Assembly (NCBI RefSeq): GCF_018350175.1
Contig: NC_058368.1
Span: 83,640,001-83,704,000, forward strand
Direction of reading: 5' to 3'
Source: Felis catus
Taxonomy: Eukaryota
DNA length: 64,000 nucleotides
Shown here one piece after another: positions 11,935-25,304 of this stretch (position 1 is the stretch's first letter; every line of letters begins with the position of its first letter). The notes beneath the pieces were generated by a model. The model searched no databases. It was given only the letters and a program-made list of their open reading frames with translations, and was not told the origin of the DNA. The position numbers and the translations under genes are program-made.

Positions 11935-12707
11935 TGGGTCACAGGGTAGGTCTATTTTTAATTTTCTGAGGAACCTCCACACTGCTTTCCAGAGCGGCCA
12001 CACCAATTTGCATTCCCACCAACAGTGCAAGAGGGTTCCCATTTCTCCACATCCTCTCCAGCATCTATAGTCTCCTGATTTGTTCATTTTGGCCTCTCTG
12101 ACTGGCGTGAGGTGATATCTGAGTGTGGTTTTGATTTGTATTTCCCTATGAGCCAGCAATAGCACTGCTAGGAATTTATCCAAGGGATACAGGAGTACTG
12201 ATGCATAGGGGCACTTGTACCCCAATGTTCATAGCAGCACTCTCAACAATAGCCAAATTATGGAAAGAGCCTAAATGTCCATCAACTGATGAATGGATAA
12301 AGAAATTGTGGTTTATATACACAATGGAATACTACATGGCAATGAGAAAGAATGAAATATGGCCTTTTGTAGCAACGTGGATGGAACTGGAGAGTGTGAT
12401 GCTAAGTGAAATAAGCCATACAGAGAAAGATACCATATGGTTTCACTCTTATGTGGATCCTAAGAAACTTAACAGAAACCCATGGGGGAAGGGAAGGAAA
12501 AAAAAAAAAAGAGGTTAGAGTGGGAGAGAGCCAAAACATAAGAGACTGTTAAAACCTGAGAACAAACTGAGGGTTGATGGGGGGTGGGAGGGAGGAGAGG
12601 GTGGGTGATGGGTATTGAGGAGGGCACCTTTTGGGATGAGCACTGGGTGTTGTATGGAAACCAATTGGACAATAAATTTCATAAAAACTAAAAAAAAAAT
12701 AAAAAAA
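11935..12707 (+). mobile_element. Young L1 3' end with classic twin-priming inversion
   Basis: Perfect 14-bp TSD gaaactgaggtagc (11921-11934, 12708-12721); inverted segment to ~12147, junction microhomology ccct; poly(A) tail. Confidence 0.93.
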
Positions 12708-13060
12708 GAAACTGAGGTAGCATTGAGTGTCAACTACACTCAAATATTTAAAAAGTTAGAAATAGAAAAAGGAAACAAACCCATCAAAAGAAAAACAATT
12801 GGTTTTGCTAAGTTTGAGACATGTTTTGTGCTATATTGTGTATTTTTATTCATCTTTGAATTAATTTATAATAAATTACATTAAATAAAATTATTAATGT
12901 TTAGCTGATCTGAAATATGTCTTCCTTCCTTTTTCCCCAGATTTATGGATATTTATTTCACTAAGCATATTATCCTCCATGTTTGGTCATGTTTTTGCAA
13001 ATTGAAATATTTTATTCTCTTTTTAAGGCTGCAAATTATTCCATTATTTAAATATTTATT

Positions 13061-13146
13061 ATATCTATCATATCTATCATATCTATTTATCTATCTATCT
13101 ATCTATCTATCTATTTACATACCTATTATCTATCTATCATCTACCT
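13061..13146. repeat. (TATC)n imperfect microsatellite
   Basis: tatctatcatatctatc...ctatctatctatctatctat. Confidence 0.85.
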
Positions 13147-14207
13147 ATTAGCTGTCTATTTCATATTTTCTATAACCATTCATCAATGGATACTTAGGTT
13201 TTTTCATATCTTGGTTAAAGTGAATAATGCCGCAAAGAACACTGGAATGCAAATATCTCTTCAGGGGAAAAATTTTATTTCCCTTGGCCACACACACACA
13301 AGTGGAATTGCAAGATAAAGTGGTAATTCTATTTTTAAATTTAGAAAAAAATGTTTTTTTTTACATCCCCACTAACAGAGTACAAGTAATCTCTTTTCTC
13401 AACATCTTTGCCAGAACTTGTTATCATTTGACTTTTTATAATCAACAACCTAAAAGGTGTCAGAAAATATTTTACTGTGGTTTTGATAAGTATTTCTCTG
13501 ATAATTAGTGATGTTGAGCATTTTTTCATATACCTGTTGGCCATCTGTAAGTCTTCCCTTATGAAAAAAAAAATGTCAATTCAAGCCTTATAGCCATTTG
13601 TAATTGGGTTTTTATTTTTTGTTACTACTGATTTGTATGAACTATATGTAAACTCTACAGTAAATGTATACAATAGCAATCACTTATCGGATATATGTTT
13701 ATAAATATTTTCTTCCATTCCATACATTGCCTTTTCATTTTGTTGATTGTTTCTTTTGCTGTGCAGAATATTTTTAGATTGATATCATCCCAATTACATT
13801 TTTTAAACATTTTCTTGTCTATACTTTTGATGTCAAATAAAAAGCAAAAAACAAAACAAAACAAAAAAATCATATTGCCACTGTAAAGGAGTTAACTTAT
13901 TTTTTAGGATTTAAGTCTTATATATTTTTCAATTTTTTATTCATATTCTCATTAGTTAACATATAGTGTAATATTGATTGCAGGAGTAGAATTCAGTGAT
14001 TCAAAACTTACATACAACACCCAGTGGTCATCATAACAAATGTCCTCTTACTCATCACCCATTTAGCCCAACTAACACCCGCCTCACACCATCAACTCTC
14101 AATTTCTTCTCTATTGTTACGAGTCTCTTATGGTTTGTTTCTTTCCCCCCTTGCCATATGTTCATTTCTTTTGTTTATTATATTCCACATAAAAGTGAAA
14201 TCATCTG

Positions 14208-14432
14208 GGGGCGCCTGGGTGGCACAGTCGGTTAAGCGTCCGACTTCAGCCAGGTCACGATCTCGCGGTCCGTGAGTTCGAGCGAGCCCCGCGTCAGGCT
14301 CTGGGCTGATGGCTCAGAGCCTGGAGCCTGTTTCTGATTCTGTGTCTCCCTCTCTCTCTGCCCCTCCCCCATTCATGCTCTGTCTCTCTCTGTCCCAAAA
14401 ATAAATAAACGCTGAAAAAAAAATTAAAAAAA
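14208..14432 (+). mobile_element. Young feline CanSINE (SINEC_Fc-type)
   Basis: CpG-rich body; perfect 17-bp TSD aaaagtgaaatcatctg (14191-14207, 14433-14449); 4-nt cgag duplication at the B box. Confidence 0.95.
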
Positions 14433-17105
14433 AAAAGTGAAATCATCTGATATTTGTCTTTCTCTGGCTCAATTATTTTGCTTAGCATAGTACACACTCT
14501 AGCTCCACCCACAGTGTTGCAAATGACAAGATTTAAATCTTATTGATGTCTGAGAAGTATTCCATTGTATATTTATATACCACAACTATTTTATCCATTC
14601 ATCAATCAATGGATTTATGGGTTCTTTCCATAGTTTTGCTATTGTTAATGATACTGCAATAAATATCAGCGTTCAGGTATCCCTTTTAATTTATATTTTG
14701 TATCCTTTGGGTAAATACTTACTAGTGCAATTACTGGGTCTTGGGTAGTTCTACTGTTAACTTTTTGAGGAACCTACATACTGTTTTCAAGAATGGCCGC
14801 ACCAGTTTGTATTCCCACCAACAATGTAAGAGGATTACAGTTTCTCTGCATCTGCTGCCAATACCTGACAGGTGTGAGGTGGTATCTCATCCTGGTTTTG
14901 ATTTGTATTTCCCTGATGGTGAGTGATGTTGAACATCTTTTCATGTGCCTGTTAGCCACATGGATTTCTTCTTTGTAAAAATGTCTATTAATGTCTTCTG
15001 CTCATTTCTTCACCAGATTATTTATTGTATTTGTGGTGAGTTTGATAAATTCTTTATAGATATTTGATACTAACCTTTTATCAGATATATCAAATTCAAA
15101 TATCTTCTCCCATTCCATTGACTGCCTTTTAGTTTGGTTGATAGTTTCCTTCACTATGCAGAAACTTTTTAACTTGATAAGGTTCCAGTAGTTCATTTAT
15201 GCTTTTGTTTCCCTTGCCACCAGCAGCATGCCCAGTAAGAAGTTGCTATGGCCAAGGTCAAAGAGGTTACTGTCCGTGTTCTCCTCTAGGATATTGAAGG
15301 TTTTTCCTGCCTCACATTTAAGTCTTTAATCCATTTTGAATTTATTTTGGTATATAGTGTAAGAAATGGTGAAGTTTTGTTCTTCTGTATGTGGCTGTCC
15401 AGTTTTTCCAATACCATTTGTTAAAGAGATTGTCTTTTTTTTCCATTGTATATTCTTTCCTGCTTTGTTGAAGATTAGTTGGTCATACATTTGTGGGTCC
15501 ACTTCTGGATTTTCTATTCCATTCCATCAATTTATGTGTCAGTTTTGTGCCAGTAGTATACTGTCTTAATGACTACAGTTTGGAAATATAGCTTGAATTC
15601 TGGAATAGTAGTGCCTCCGGGTTTGCTTTTCTTTTTCAAGATTGCTTTGTATAGTTGAAATCTTTTTCAGTTCCATACAAATTTTAGGAGTGTTTGTTGC
15701 TGCTCTGTGAAAAATCCTGGTGATAGGAATTGCATTGAATGCGTTGATTGCTTTAGGTAGTATAGACATTTTAACAATGTTTGTTCTTCCAATCCATGAG
15801 CATGTAATGTTTTTACATTTCTTTGTGTCTTTAATTTCTTTCATATGTGTTCTATAGTTTGCAGAATACAAATCTTTTACTTCTTGGTTAGGTTGCTCCT
15901 AGATTTCTTATTGTTTTCAGTGCAATTGTAAATGGGATAGACTCCTTGATTTATTTTTCTGCTGCTTCATTATTGGTGTATAAAAATGAAAATGATGTCT
16001 GTACTTTGATTTTATATACTGTTACCATGACAAATTCATGTAATAGCTGTAGCAATTTTTTCATAGAGTCTTTCGGGTTTTCTACTCAGAGTATCATGTC
16101 ATCTACAAATACTGAAAGTGACTTTTTCCTGCTGATTTAGGTGCCTTTTATTCCTTTTACTTGTATGATTTCTGAGGCTAGGACCTCTACTATTATGTTA
16201 AATAGTAATGGTGAGAGTGAACATCCCTGTTGTGTTTCCTGAGGGAAAGCTCTCAGTTTTTCTTCATTGAAGATATTAGCTGTGAGTCATAAATATGGCC
16301 TTTATGATGTTGAGATGTGTTCCATCTATATCTGTTTTGTTAAAGGTTTTTATCAAGAATGGATGCTGGATTTTGTCATTGTCTTTTCTTTATATATTGA
16401 GAGGATCATATGGTTTTTATCCTTTCTTGATTGGTTTATGAATATTGAATGACCCCTACAGACCAGGAACAAATCCAACTTGATCATGGTGAATAATTAT
16501 TTTAATGTACTGTTGCATTTGATTTGCTAGTATCTTCTTGAGAATTTTTGCATCAGTGTTCTTCCAGGATGTTGGCCTGTAATTCTTTATAGTGGGGTCT
16601 TTGTCTAGTTTTGGAAACAAGATAATTCTGGCCTCATACAATGAGTTTGGAAGGTGTCCTTCCATTTATGATTATTGGAATAGATTGAGAAGAGCAGGTA
16701 TTAACTCTTTTTTTAAAAATGTTTGGTAAAATTCCCCTGTGAAGCCTTGTGGACCTGTACTTTAGTTTGTTGGGAGATTTTTGATTACTGATTTGTTATC
16801 TATGCTGGTCATGAATCTGTCCAATTTTTTTTTATTTCTTCCTGTTTCACTTTAGGTAGTTTGTATGTTTCTAAGAATTTGTCCATTTTTTTTTCAAATT
16901 TCCCAGGTTTTTTTGCTTATAGCTTTTCAAATATTCTCTTGTAACTGTTTGTATTTCTGTGGTTTTGGTTGTGATCACTCCTCTTTAATTCATTATTTCA
17001 TTTATTTGGGTCCTTTCTCTTTTCTTCTTGATGTCTGTCTAGGATGTTATCAATTTTATTAATTCTTTAAAAGAACCAGCTGTTAGTTTCATTGATCTTT
17101 TATAT

Positions 17106-17150
17106 TGTTGTTGTTGTTGTTGTTGCTGCTGCTGTTGTTGTTGTTGTTGT
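17106..17150. repeat. (GTT)n/(GCT)n trinucleotide repeat
   Basis: Direct reading; produces the spurious poly-Leu ORF at 17105. Confidence 0.9.
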
Positions 17151-17529
17151 CATCATCTATATCATTTATTTCTGCTGCAATCTTCATTATTCCCCTTCTT
17201 CTTATGGCTTCAGGCTTATTTGGTATTCCTTTTCCAGCTCCCTTAAGCATAATGTTATGTTGTGTATTTGAGACTTTTATTGCTTCTTGAGGTAGGCTTT
17301 TATTACCATATACTTCCCTCTGGGACTGTCTCTTTGTATTCCAAAGGTTTTGGACTGTCCTGTTTTCATTTTCATTTGATTTTCATATATTTATTTATTT
17401 AGTCTTTAATTTCCTATGGGTTTAAGTCTTATGTTTAATTCTCTAATTCATTTTAGTTGATTTTTTTCACACCATAGTGTTCCAATTTTATTCTTGCACA
17501 TTTGTTGTATATCCAGTTTTCCCAATACC

Positions 17530-17730
17530 TTTTTTTTTAATAGAGAGACAGAGAGAGACAGAGAATGAGCATGGGAGGGGCAGAGGGAGGTAGAGACACA
17601 GAACCTGAAGCAGGCTCCAGGCTTTAAGCTGTCAGCACAGAGCCCGATGAGGGGCTCAAACACACAAACATCGAGATTATGACCAGAGCCAAGGTTGGAC
17701 GCTTAACCAACTGAGCCACCCAGGCATCCT
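17530..17730 (-). mobile_element. CanSINE
   Basis: ...cttaaccaactgagccacccaggcatcc; GA tract and poly(T). Confidence 0.9.
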
Positions 17731-18030
17731 CCTTATACCGTATTGAAGAGACTATCGTTGTAGCATAGTGTGTTCTTGGCACCTTGCCAAAAACATATCC
17801 TAAATATGTACGTTTATTTATGGATATTCTATATTGTGCTATTGGTCTAAGTGTTTGTTTTTATGCCAGTATTATACCATTGTGATTACCATAGCCCTGT
17901 AATATTATTTTAAATTAGGAAGATTAATTCCTTAAGCTTTGTTTTTCTTACTCAAATGTGCTTTGTCTATTCAGAGTATTTTAAGATTCCATATAATTTT
18001 TATGTTTTTTTTCTCTTTCAGTGAAAATTC

Positions 18031-18243
18031 TTTATTTTATTTTATTTTATTTTTTTATTTATTTTTGAGAGACAGAACACGAGCAGAGGAGGGGCAAAGA
18101 AAGGGAGAAACATAATCAGCAGCAGCCTCCAGGCTCCTTTCTGTCACCACAGAGCCTGACACGGGGCTCGAACCCACAAACCATGAGATCACGACCTGAA
18201 CTGATGCTGGACGCTTAACTGACTGAGCCACCCAGGCACCCCA
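18031..18243 (-). mobile_element. CanSINE
   Basis: Perfect 16-bp TSD ctttcagtgaaaattc (18015-18030, 18244-18259). Confidence 0.93.
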
Positions 18244-18590
18244 CTTTCAGTGAAAATTCGATTGGAATTTTATAGGAGTTGCATTGAACATGTGAATCAT
18301 TTTGGGGTGTCATGGATATTTAAACAAGTTTAATTCTTCCTCCCCATGAACGATAGGAAAATTTCCCATTTTTTGTTTCTACTTCAGTGGCATTTATGAA
18401 TATTTTATAATTTGTAGCGTACATATTTTTGCCATCTTCAAGAGATTTATTCCTAATTATTTTATTTTTTATGCAATTATAAATTGGGTTACTTAGTTAC
18501 TTTTTGAGATACTTTGTTGTTTGCATATTAAAAAATAATTGACTTTTGTATGTTGATTTTATATCCTGTAACTTTACTCAATTTGTTCAT

Positions 18591-21500
18591 TTTATTTTAT
18601 TTGTTTCTTCTTTTTAGTATTTATTTTGTTCTTTTACTGATTGATTGATTGATTGACTTTAAATATAATTTATTGTCAAATTGGTTTCTATACAATACCC
18701 AGTGCTCATCCCAACAAGTGCCCACCTCCCTGCCCATCATCCATTTTCCTCTCTCCTTCATCCCCCATCTACGCTTAGTTTGTTCTCAGTCCTTAACTGT
18801 CTCCTATGGTTTGCCTTCCTCCCTCTCTGTAACTTTTTCCCCCTCCCCTCCCCCATGGTTTTCTATTAAGTTTCTTGAGATCCACATATGAGTGAAAACA
18901 TATCGTATCTGTCTTTCTCTGCCTTGCTTATTTCATTTAGCATAATACCCTCCAGTTCCATCCACGTGCTGCAAATGGCCAGTTCCATCCACGTTGCTGC
19001 AAATGGCCAGTTCCATCCACATTGCTGCAAATTGCCACATAATATTCAATTGTATATATAAACCACATCTTCTTTATCCATTCATCAGTTGACGGACACT
19101 TAGGCTCTTTCCATAATGTGGCTATTGTTGAAAGTGCTGCTATAAACATTGGGATACATGTGCCCCTATGCAGCAGCACTCCTGTATCCTTTGGGTAGAT
19201 TCCTAGCAGTGCTATTGCTGGCTCATAGGGTAACTCTATTTTTAATTTTTTGAGGAACCTCCACACTGTTTTCCAGAGTGGCTGCACCAGTTTGCATTCC
19301 CACCAGCAGTGCAAAGGGTCCCCACTTCTCCACATCCTTGCCAGCATCTACAGTCTCCTGATTTGTTCATTTTAGCCACTCTGACCAGCGTGAGGTGATA
19401 TCTCAGTGTGGTTTTGATTTGTATTTCCCTGATGAGGAGTGACACTGAGCATCTTTTCATGTGCCTGTTCGCGATCTGGATGTCTTCTTTGGAAAAGTGT
19501 GTATTTATATCTTCTGCTCATTTTGGCATTGGATTATTTGTTTTTTTGGGTGTTGAGTTTGGTGGGTTCTTTACAGATTTTAGATACTGGCCCTTTATCC
19601 GATATGTCATTTACAAATATTTTTTCCCATTGTGTTGGTTGTCTTTTAGTTTAGTTGATTGTTTCTTCTGCAGTGCAGAAGCTTTTTGCCTAGATGAGGT
19701 CCCTCTAGTTCATTTTTGCTTTTAATTCCCTTGCCTTTGAAAATGTGTCGAGTAAGAAATTACTGTGGCTGAGGTCCAAGAGGTTTTTTCCTGATTTCTC
19801 CTCTAGGATTTTGATGGTTTCTTGTCTCACATTCAGGTCCATCATCCATTTTGAGTTTATTTTTGTGTATGGTGTAAGAAAGTGTTCTAGTTTCATTTTA
19901 TGCATGTTGCTGTCCAGTTCTCCCAGCATCATTTGTTAAAAAGACTGTCTTTTTTCCATTGAATCTCTTTCCCTCCTTGCCAATGATTAGTTGGCCATAC
20001 TTTTGTGGGTCAAATTCTGGAGTCTCTATTCTATTCCATTGGTCTACATGTCTGTTTTTATGCCAATAACATGCTGTCTTCATGTTTACAGCTTTGTAGT
20101 AGAGGCTAAACTCTGGGATTGTGATGCCTTCCGTTTGGGTTTTCTTGTTTAACATTACTTTGGCTCTTTGGGTCTTTTGTGGTTCCATACAAATTTTAGG
20201 ATAGTTTGTTTTAGCTTTGAGAAGAATGGCGGTGCAATTTTGATTGCTATTTCATTGAATGTGTAGATTGCTTTGGGTAGTATTGGCATTTTAACAATAT
20301 TTATTCTTCCAATCAATAAGCATGGGTTGTTTTTTTTCCATTTCTTTGTATCTTCTTCAACTTCCTGCATAAGCTTTCTGTAATTTTCAGCATACAGATC
20401 TTTTACATCTTTGATTAAGTTTATTTTTAGGTACTTTATGTTTCTTGGTCCATTTCTTACAAGTTGTGCAGTTTGTTGGCATGTAAGTTTTCATAGTATT
20501 CCCTGATAATTGCTTGTATTTCTGAGGGATTGGATGTAATAAATGCAATTTCATTCATGATTTAATCTACTTGGGTCCTCATTTCTTTTTGAGAAGACTG
20601 GCTAGAGGTTTATCAATTTTGTTTAATTTTTTCAAAATACCAACTCTTGGTTTCATTGATCTGTTCTACTGGTTCTTTTTTTTTTATTCTATATTGTTTA
20701 TTTCTGCTATGATCTTTATTATTTGTCTTCTTCTGTTGGAGTTGCATTGGCTTCGCTGTCCTGCTTCTAGTCCTTTAGGTATGCTGTTAGATTATGTATG
20801 GGATTTTTCTTTAGATAGGCCTGGAATACAATGTATTTTACTCTTAGGACTGCGTTGCTGCATCTCAAAGAGTTTGGATTGTTGTATTTTCATTTTTATT
20901 TGTTTCAGTATGTATTTAATTTTCTTCTGTAATTGTCTGGTTAACCCATTCATTCTTTAGTAGGATGTTCTTTAACCTCCATGCTTTTGGAGGTTTTTTA
21001 GACTTTTTCCTGTGGTTGATTTCAAGGTCCCTAGCATTGTGATCTGGAAGTGGGCACGGTATGATGTCAATTCTTTTATATTTATTGAGGGCTGTTTTGT
21101 GACCCAGTATGTGGTCTATCTTGGAGAATGTTCCATGTGCACTCAAGAAGAAAGTATATTCTGTTACTTTGGGATGCAGAGTTCTAAATATATCTGTCAC
21201 GGCCATCTGGTCCAATATATCCTTGAGCGCCATTGTTTCTTTACTGGTTCTGTGTCTAGATGATCTGTCCATTGTTGTAAGTGGAGTACTAAAGTCCCCT
21301 AAAATTACCACATTCTTATCAATAAGATTACTTATGTTTGTGATTAATTTTTTTAAATATTTGGGTACTACCAAATTGGTTCATAGACATTTATAATTGT
21401 TAGCTCTTCCTGATGGATAGATCCTGTAATTATTATATAATATAATATATATTGCAACATTTCACTCACAGAGTCCCTCTTAGGATCTCTTGTAGGGATG

Positions 21501-24083
21501 GTTTAGTGATGATGAATTCTTTCAGTTTTTGTTTGTTTGGGGAAAACCTTTATCTCTCTTTCTATTCTGAATGACAGGCTTGCTGGATAAAGGATTCTTG
21601 GCTGCATATTTTTCATGTTCATCACATTAAAGATTCCCTGCCATTCCTCTCTGTCCTGCCAGGTTTCAGTGGATAGGTCTGGTATTACCCCTATGCTTCT
21701 ATGTTTGTATATTAAGCCTCATTTATCCCCAGGTGCTTTCAGAATTCTCTCTTTGTCCTTGTATTTTGCCAGTTTTACTATAAGTCATGCAGAAGAAGGA
21801 TTCGAGTTATGTCTGAAGGCAGTTCTCTGTGCTTCTTAGAGTTCAATGTCTGTTTCCTTCCCCAGATTGGGGAAGTTTTTAGCTATGATTTGTTCAAATA
21901 CACTTTCAACCCCTTTCTCTCCCTCTTCTTCTTCTGGAATTCCTATGATACAGATATTTTTCCATTTGTTTGCATCACTTGATTCTCTAATTCTCCCCTC
22001 TTGATTCTGGATATTTTTATCTCTTTTTCTCAGATTTCTCTTTTTCCATAATTTTATCTTCTAATTCACCTATTCTCCCCACTGCCTCTTTATTCTGCTC
22101 TGTGGCTGCCTCCATTTTATTTTGCACCTCATTTATAGCATTTTTAATTCATCATGACTATTTTTGAGTTCCTTGATCTCTGCAGTAATAAATTCTCTGC
22201 TGTCTTCTATGCCTTTTTCAAGCACAGTGATTAATTTATTATTCTAAATTCTTGTTCAGTTATATTGCTTACATCTGTTTTGATCAATTTTTTAGCTGTC
22301 ACTTCTTCCTGGAATTTCTTTTGAGGGGAATTGTTCTGTTTCATAATTTTGGGTAGTTTTATGTTCTTATGAGTTTTAAAAACTTGTTATGTGCTCTGCA
22401 CCTGCAAGGACCGCTATCTTATATTACACTATCTAAGGCCTGGCCCTACAGGAGGTGTTGTTTTTGGAGTGTGTCACTTGCTCTCTTTTGTTATGACTTT
22501 GGTTACTTTATTTCTCTACTCATAGGGATGTTTTGGACCCTCCACAAAGTATGATTTGATTTGTTCCTTGAAGTAGCCCTGGAATGGAAAACACAAACAG
22601 GAAACAGAGACATGCAAACACACAGACAAATAAATCAAACAAATGGACACACACACACACACACACAGTCTGAAAGCAAAAAAAAAACAAAAAAACAAAA
22701 AACAAAAAACAAAAACAGAAACTCGAGCTACAAGTCAAGAACAGGGTGGAGGCGGTGCTGATGGAACAGCACATACAAAGAGAGAAATGACAGGGGTGGG
22801 GAGAAAGAGAAAATAAACATTGACCAGGCAGAAAGAGTAAATAGCTTAATCCAGAAAGAGAGAAAGGAAAATAAAGGAGGCTGGGGGGGGGGGGGACTAA
22901 GATAAAGTTACCCAGACAGAGAAACTATATGGCTTGATTATTCCAGAGAGAGATAAAGGAAAGTACAGAAGGAGGTGTAGAACATGTATCAAGAGAATGG
23001 ATTAAATACGTCTGCCTAAAGAAACCAACTACCAGAGTAACCAGCCTAGAAGAAGGAAAAGATAAGAAGGGAGAGTATATATAAATAACAAGAATTGTCC
23101 TGGAATTAATCCAGGCTATGCAGCATCACTGGTCTGGATGATGGAGCCATCTGGTTGCACAGTATCTATCTTGCTCCAGCAGGTATGCCATTACTCAGCT
23201 CGGAGGGGTGTGGTTTGGTGTAAACTGGTCCCACCTCCAGGATGGGCCCAGGGACTGATCATTGAGGTCCTGCCTTGGTTGGGGCAGGGGTGGGGGTGGG
23301 GGTTAGGGAATGGCGATTCCCTGGTCTTTTCTCCACAGACCTAGACCCGGTGGAGTTGTCCTCACTGTGCCACAGGTGTAGATGAGGTGGTACTTTCACT
23401 CAGCCAACTCCTCTGACCCTGTTCTTGGCTAGGATTCAAAGTCCCGCTCTGAAGCTCTGGCACTGGGGAAGCACCTCTGTGCAGCCCCAAAGCCTGGCTG
23501 GCTTTGGGCCACAGCACTTCAGGGGGTCCTGCCTTTTCCTGCTGCTGACTGTGCTGCTGAACTCCGCTGTGGAGCTCGGGGATGGCGGACGCAGGCAGGC
23601 TTTGTCCTTTCCCACAGAACTCCAGGGAGGGGGCCCACTTTCTCCTACTGTGGAGTTAAGACCCTGACCTCTCACTAAACCCAGGGCTGGCTCCCCTCCT
23701 CCCCAGGTGCGTGAGTAGGGCAGCTGACCCAAGTCCAAAGAAAGCCCCTCAGTTAGAGATGGGATCCCTCTCAGTCCCAGTCTGAGATTTATCTCTTGTC
23801 CAAATATAGTCCTATGCTTCCCCAGCTGCTCTTTCTGTTCCCTTTGTCTCTCCGCAAAAGGGGATCCCCTCCCCTCCATGCCTAAACGTCCTGTTTTATC
23901 TCCCCCAGTTTGAAATCACCCACCTGTAGCCCGTCAAGGATGTCCCAGTGTCTCCCCTTTAGACTCAGTCTCTTTTCCTTCCAGACTCTTGGGGTTCAAA
24001 GTACTTCAGCTTCAGCACTTCTTTGTTTGAGAGACACAGGAATTATAGGTCCCCCTACTTCTCAATAATGTTGGCTTGCCTCC
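18591..24083 (-). mobile_element. Near full-length LINE-1 (5' UTR, ORF1, ORF2, 3' UTR) with internal deletions; inactive
   Basis: T-rich tail at ~18591-18660; CCHC ORFs 18937-19460; EN ORF 20916-21374 (GDFSTPL, DHN); ORF1 ATG at 22344; 5' end ggaggcaagccaac...gagaagtagggggac at ~24083. Confidence 0.88.
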
Positions 24084-24324
24084 GACTTAGGAGAATCATG
24101 TTTAAATCCAAGACACAAAGGGATGCAAAAATATATAACAATCAAATTGTAACTAGAAGAGCTACTGAGTGCTATTCCATTGTGTATATATGCCACATAT
24201 TTTTTATCCATTCATCAGTTGATGGACATTTAGACTCTTTCCATACTTTGGCTGTTGTTGATAGCACTGCTATAAACATTAGGGTGCATGTGTCCCCTCG
24301 AGTCAGCATTTTGTATCCTTTTGA

Positions 24325-25257
24325 TAAGGATTTTTTGCATCATGTTCATCAAGGACATTGACCTATAATTTGGTTTTCTTATACTGTCCTTGTTTGACTG
24401 TTATCAGAGTAATTCTGACCTAATGGGATGAATTTTTAAATGTTTTTTCTCCAATGTTTCGGAAGATTTTGAGAAGGATTGGTATTAAATGTTAGAATTT
24501 ATTAATGAAATCATTTGTTATTAGCTTTTCTTTGGTGGAAAAAAAATATTCCTAATTCAATATTGTCTCTCATTATTGGTCAGAATATATGTTCTATTTC
24601 TTTATGATTCAGTCTTCAAAATTTGTACATTTCTATAATTAACTTACTTTTTCCAAGTTATATCATTTTTATTTTATTATTTATATACTAAATTCTCATG
24701 ATTCTTTGTATGCATATGATATCACCTCTCATTCCTGCTCTCTTACTTCTGATGTATTTATTTTTGTCTTTTCTCTTGATTAGTTTAATAAAGTTATTCA
24801 ATTTTATCTATTTAATTTGGAAAAAAATTCAATCTTACTTTCATTGATATTTTCTGTTTTTATACTATTTCTTTTATTTCTACTATAACCTTTGCTATTT
24901 TCTTCCTTATGATAACTTTAGGCTTTATATGTTTTTTTTTTTCTTCCAGTTCCTTGAGGTGTAATGTAAGCTTTTTTTGAGATCTTTCCTTTTTGTTAAT
25001 GTAGTCACTTATCACTATATACTTCCTGTTATAACTGATATTTTTATGAATCCCATAAGTTTTTTTGTATTCTATTTACATGGTTTTTGGTCTTAATATA
25101 TGCTGCACAATTTCTCTTTTTATTTCTTCTTTTATCTATTATTTGTTTGGCAAGGGGATGTTTAATTTTACATACTTGTGAATATCCAGATTTCCATTAA
25201 TTTTAATTTTCCTATTATTGTGTTCTAAAAAGGCGCTTGACAAAATTTTAATATCCC

Positions 25258-25304
<47 letters not shown>

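Larger units (their letters stand above)
13922..17418 (-). mobile_element. LINE-1, ~3.5 kb 5'-truncated (3' UTR back to post-EN linker)
   Basis: ORF2 fragments on minus strand ([26 protein letters not shown]); TSD-like g(a/g)tttaagtcttat at 13908-13921 and 17419-17432. Confidence 0.85.
12880..18590 (-). mobile_element. Old L1 3' half acting as host (interrupted by 13922-17418 and SINEs)
   Basis: Decayed ORF2 C-terminal frames (13341-13544 [17 protein letters not shown]; 13655-13873 KIFCTAKETINK); resumes after 17419. Confidence 0.7.

Noticed and set aside
14208..14290. tRNA-like A/B boxes here and in other SINE heads
   Set aside because: These are CanSINE heads followed by CT tract, A tail and TSD, not tRNA genes.
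17105..17290. Poly-Leu, signal-peptide-like ORF
   Set aside because: Produced by the (GTT/GCT)n repeat within antisense L1.
18952..19034. 28-bp repeats as a CRISPR-like array
   Set aside because: No spacers, eukaryotic L1 sequence, no cas genes.
23281..23308. G-quadruplex motif (also the G-run at 22882-22895 and L1 3' UTR G tracts)
   Set aside because: Ordinary components of L1 UTRs; nothing locus-specific supports a function.
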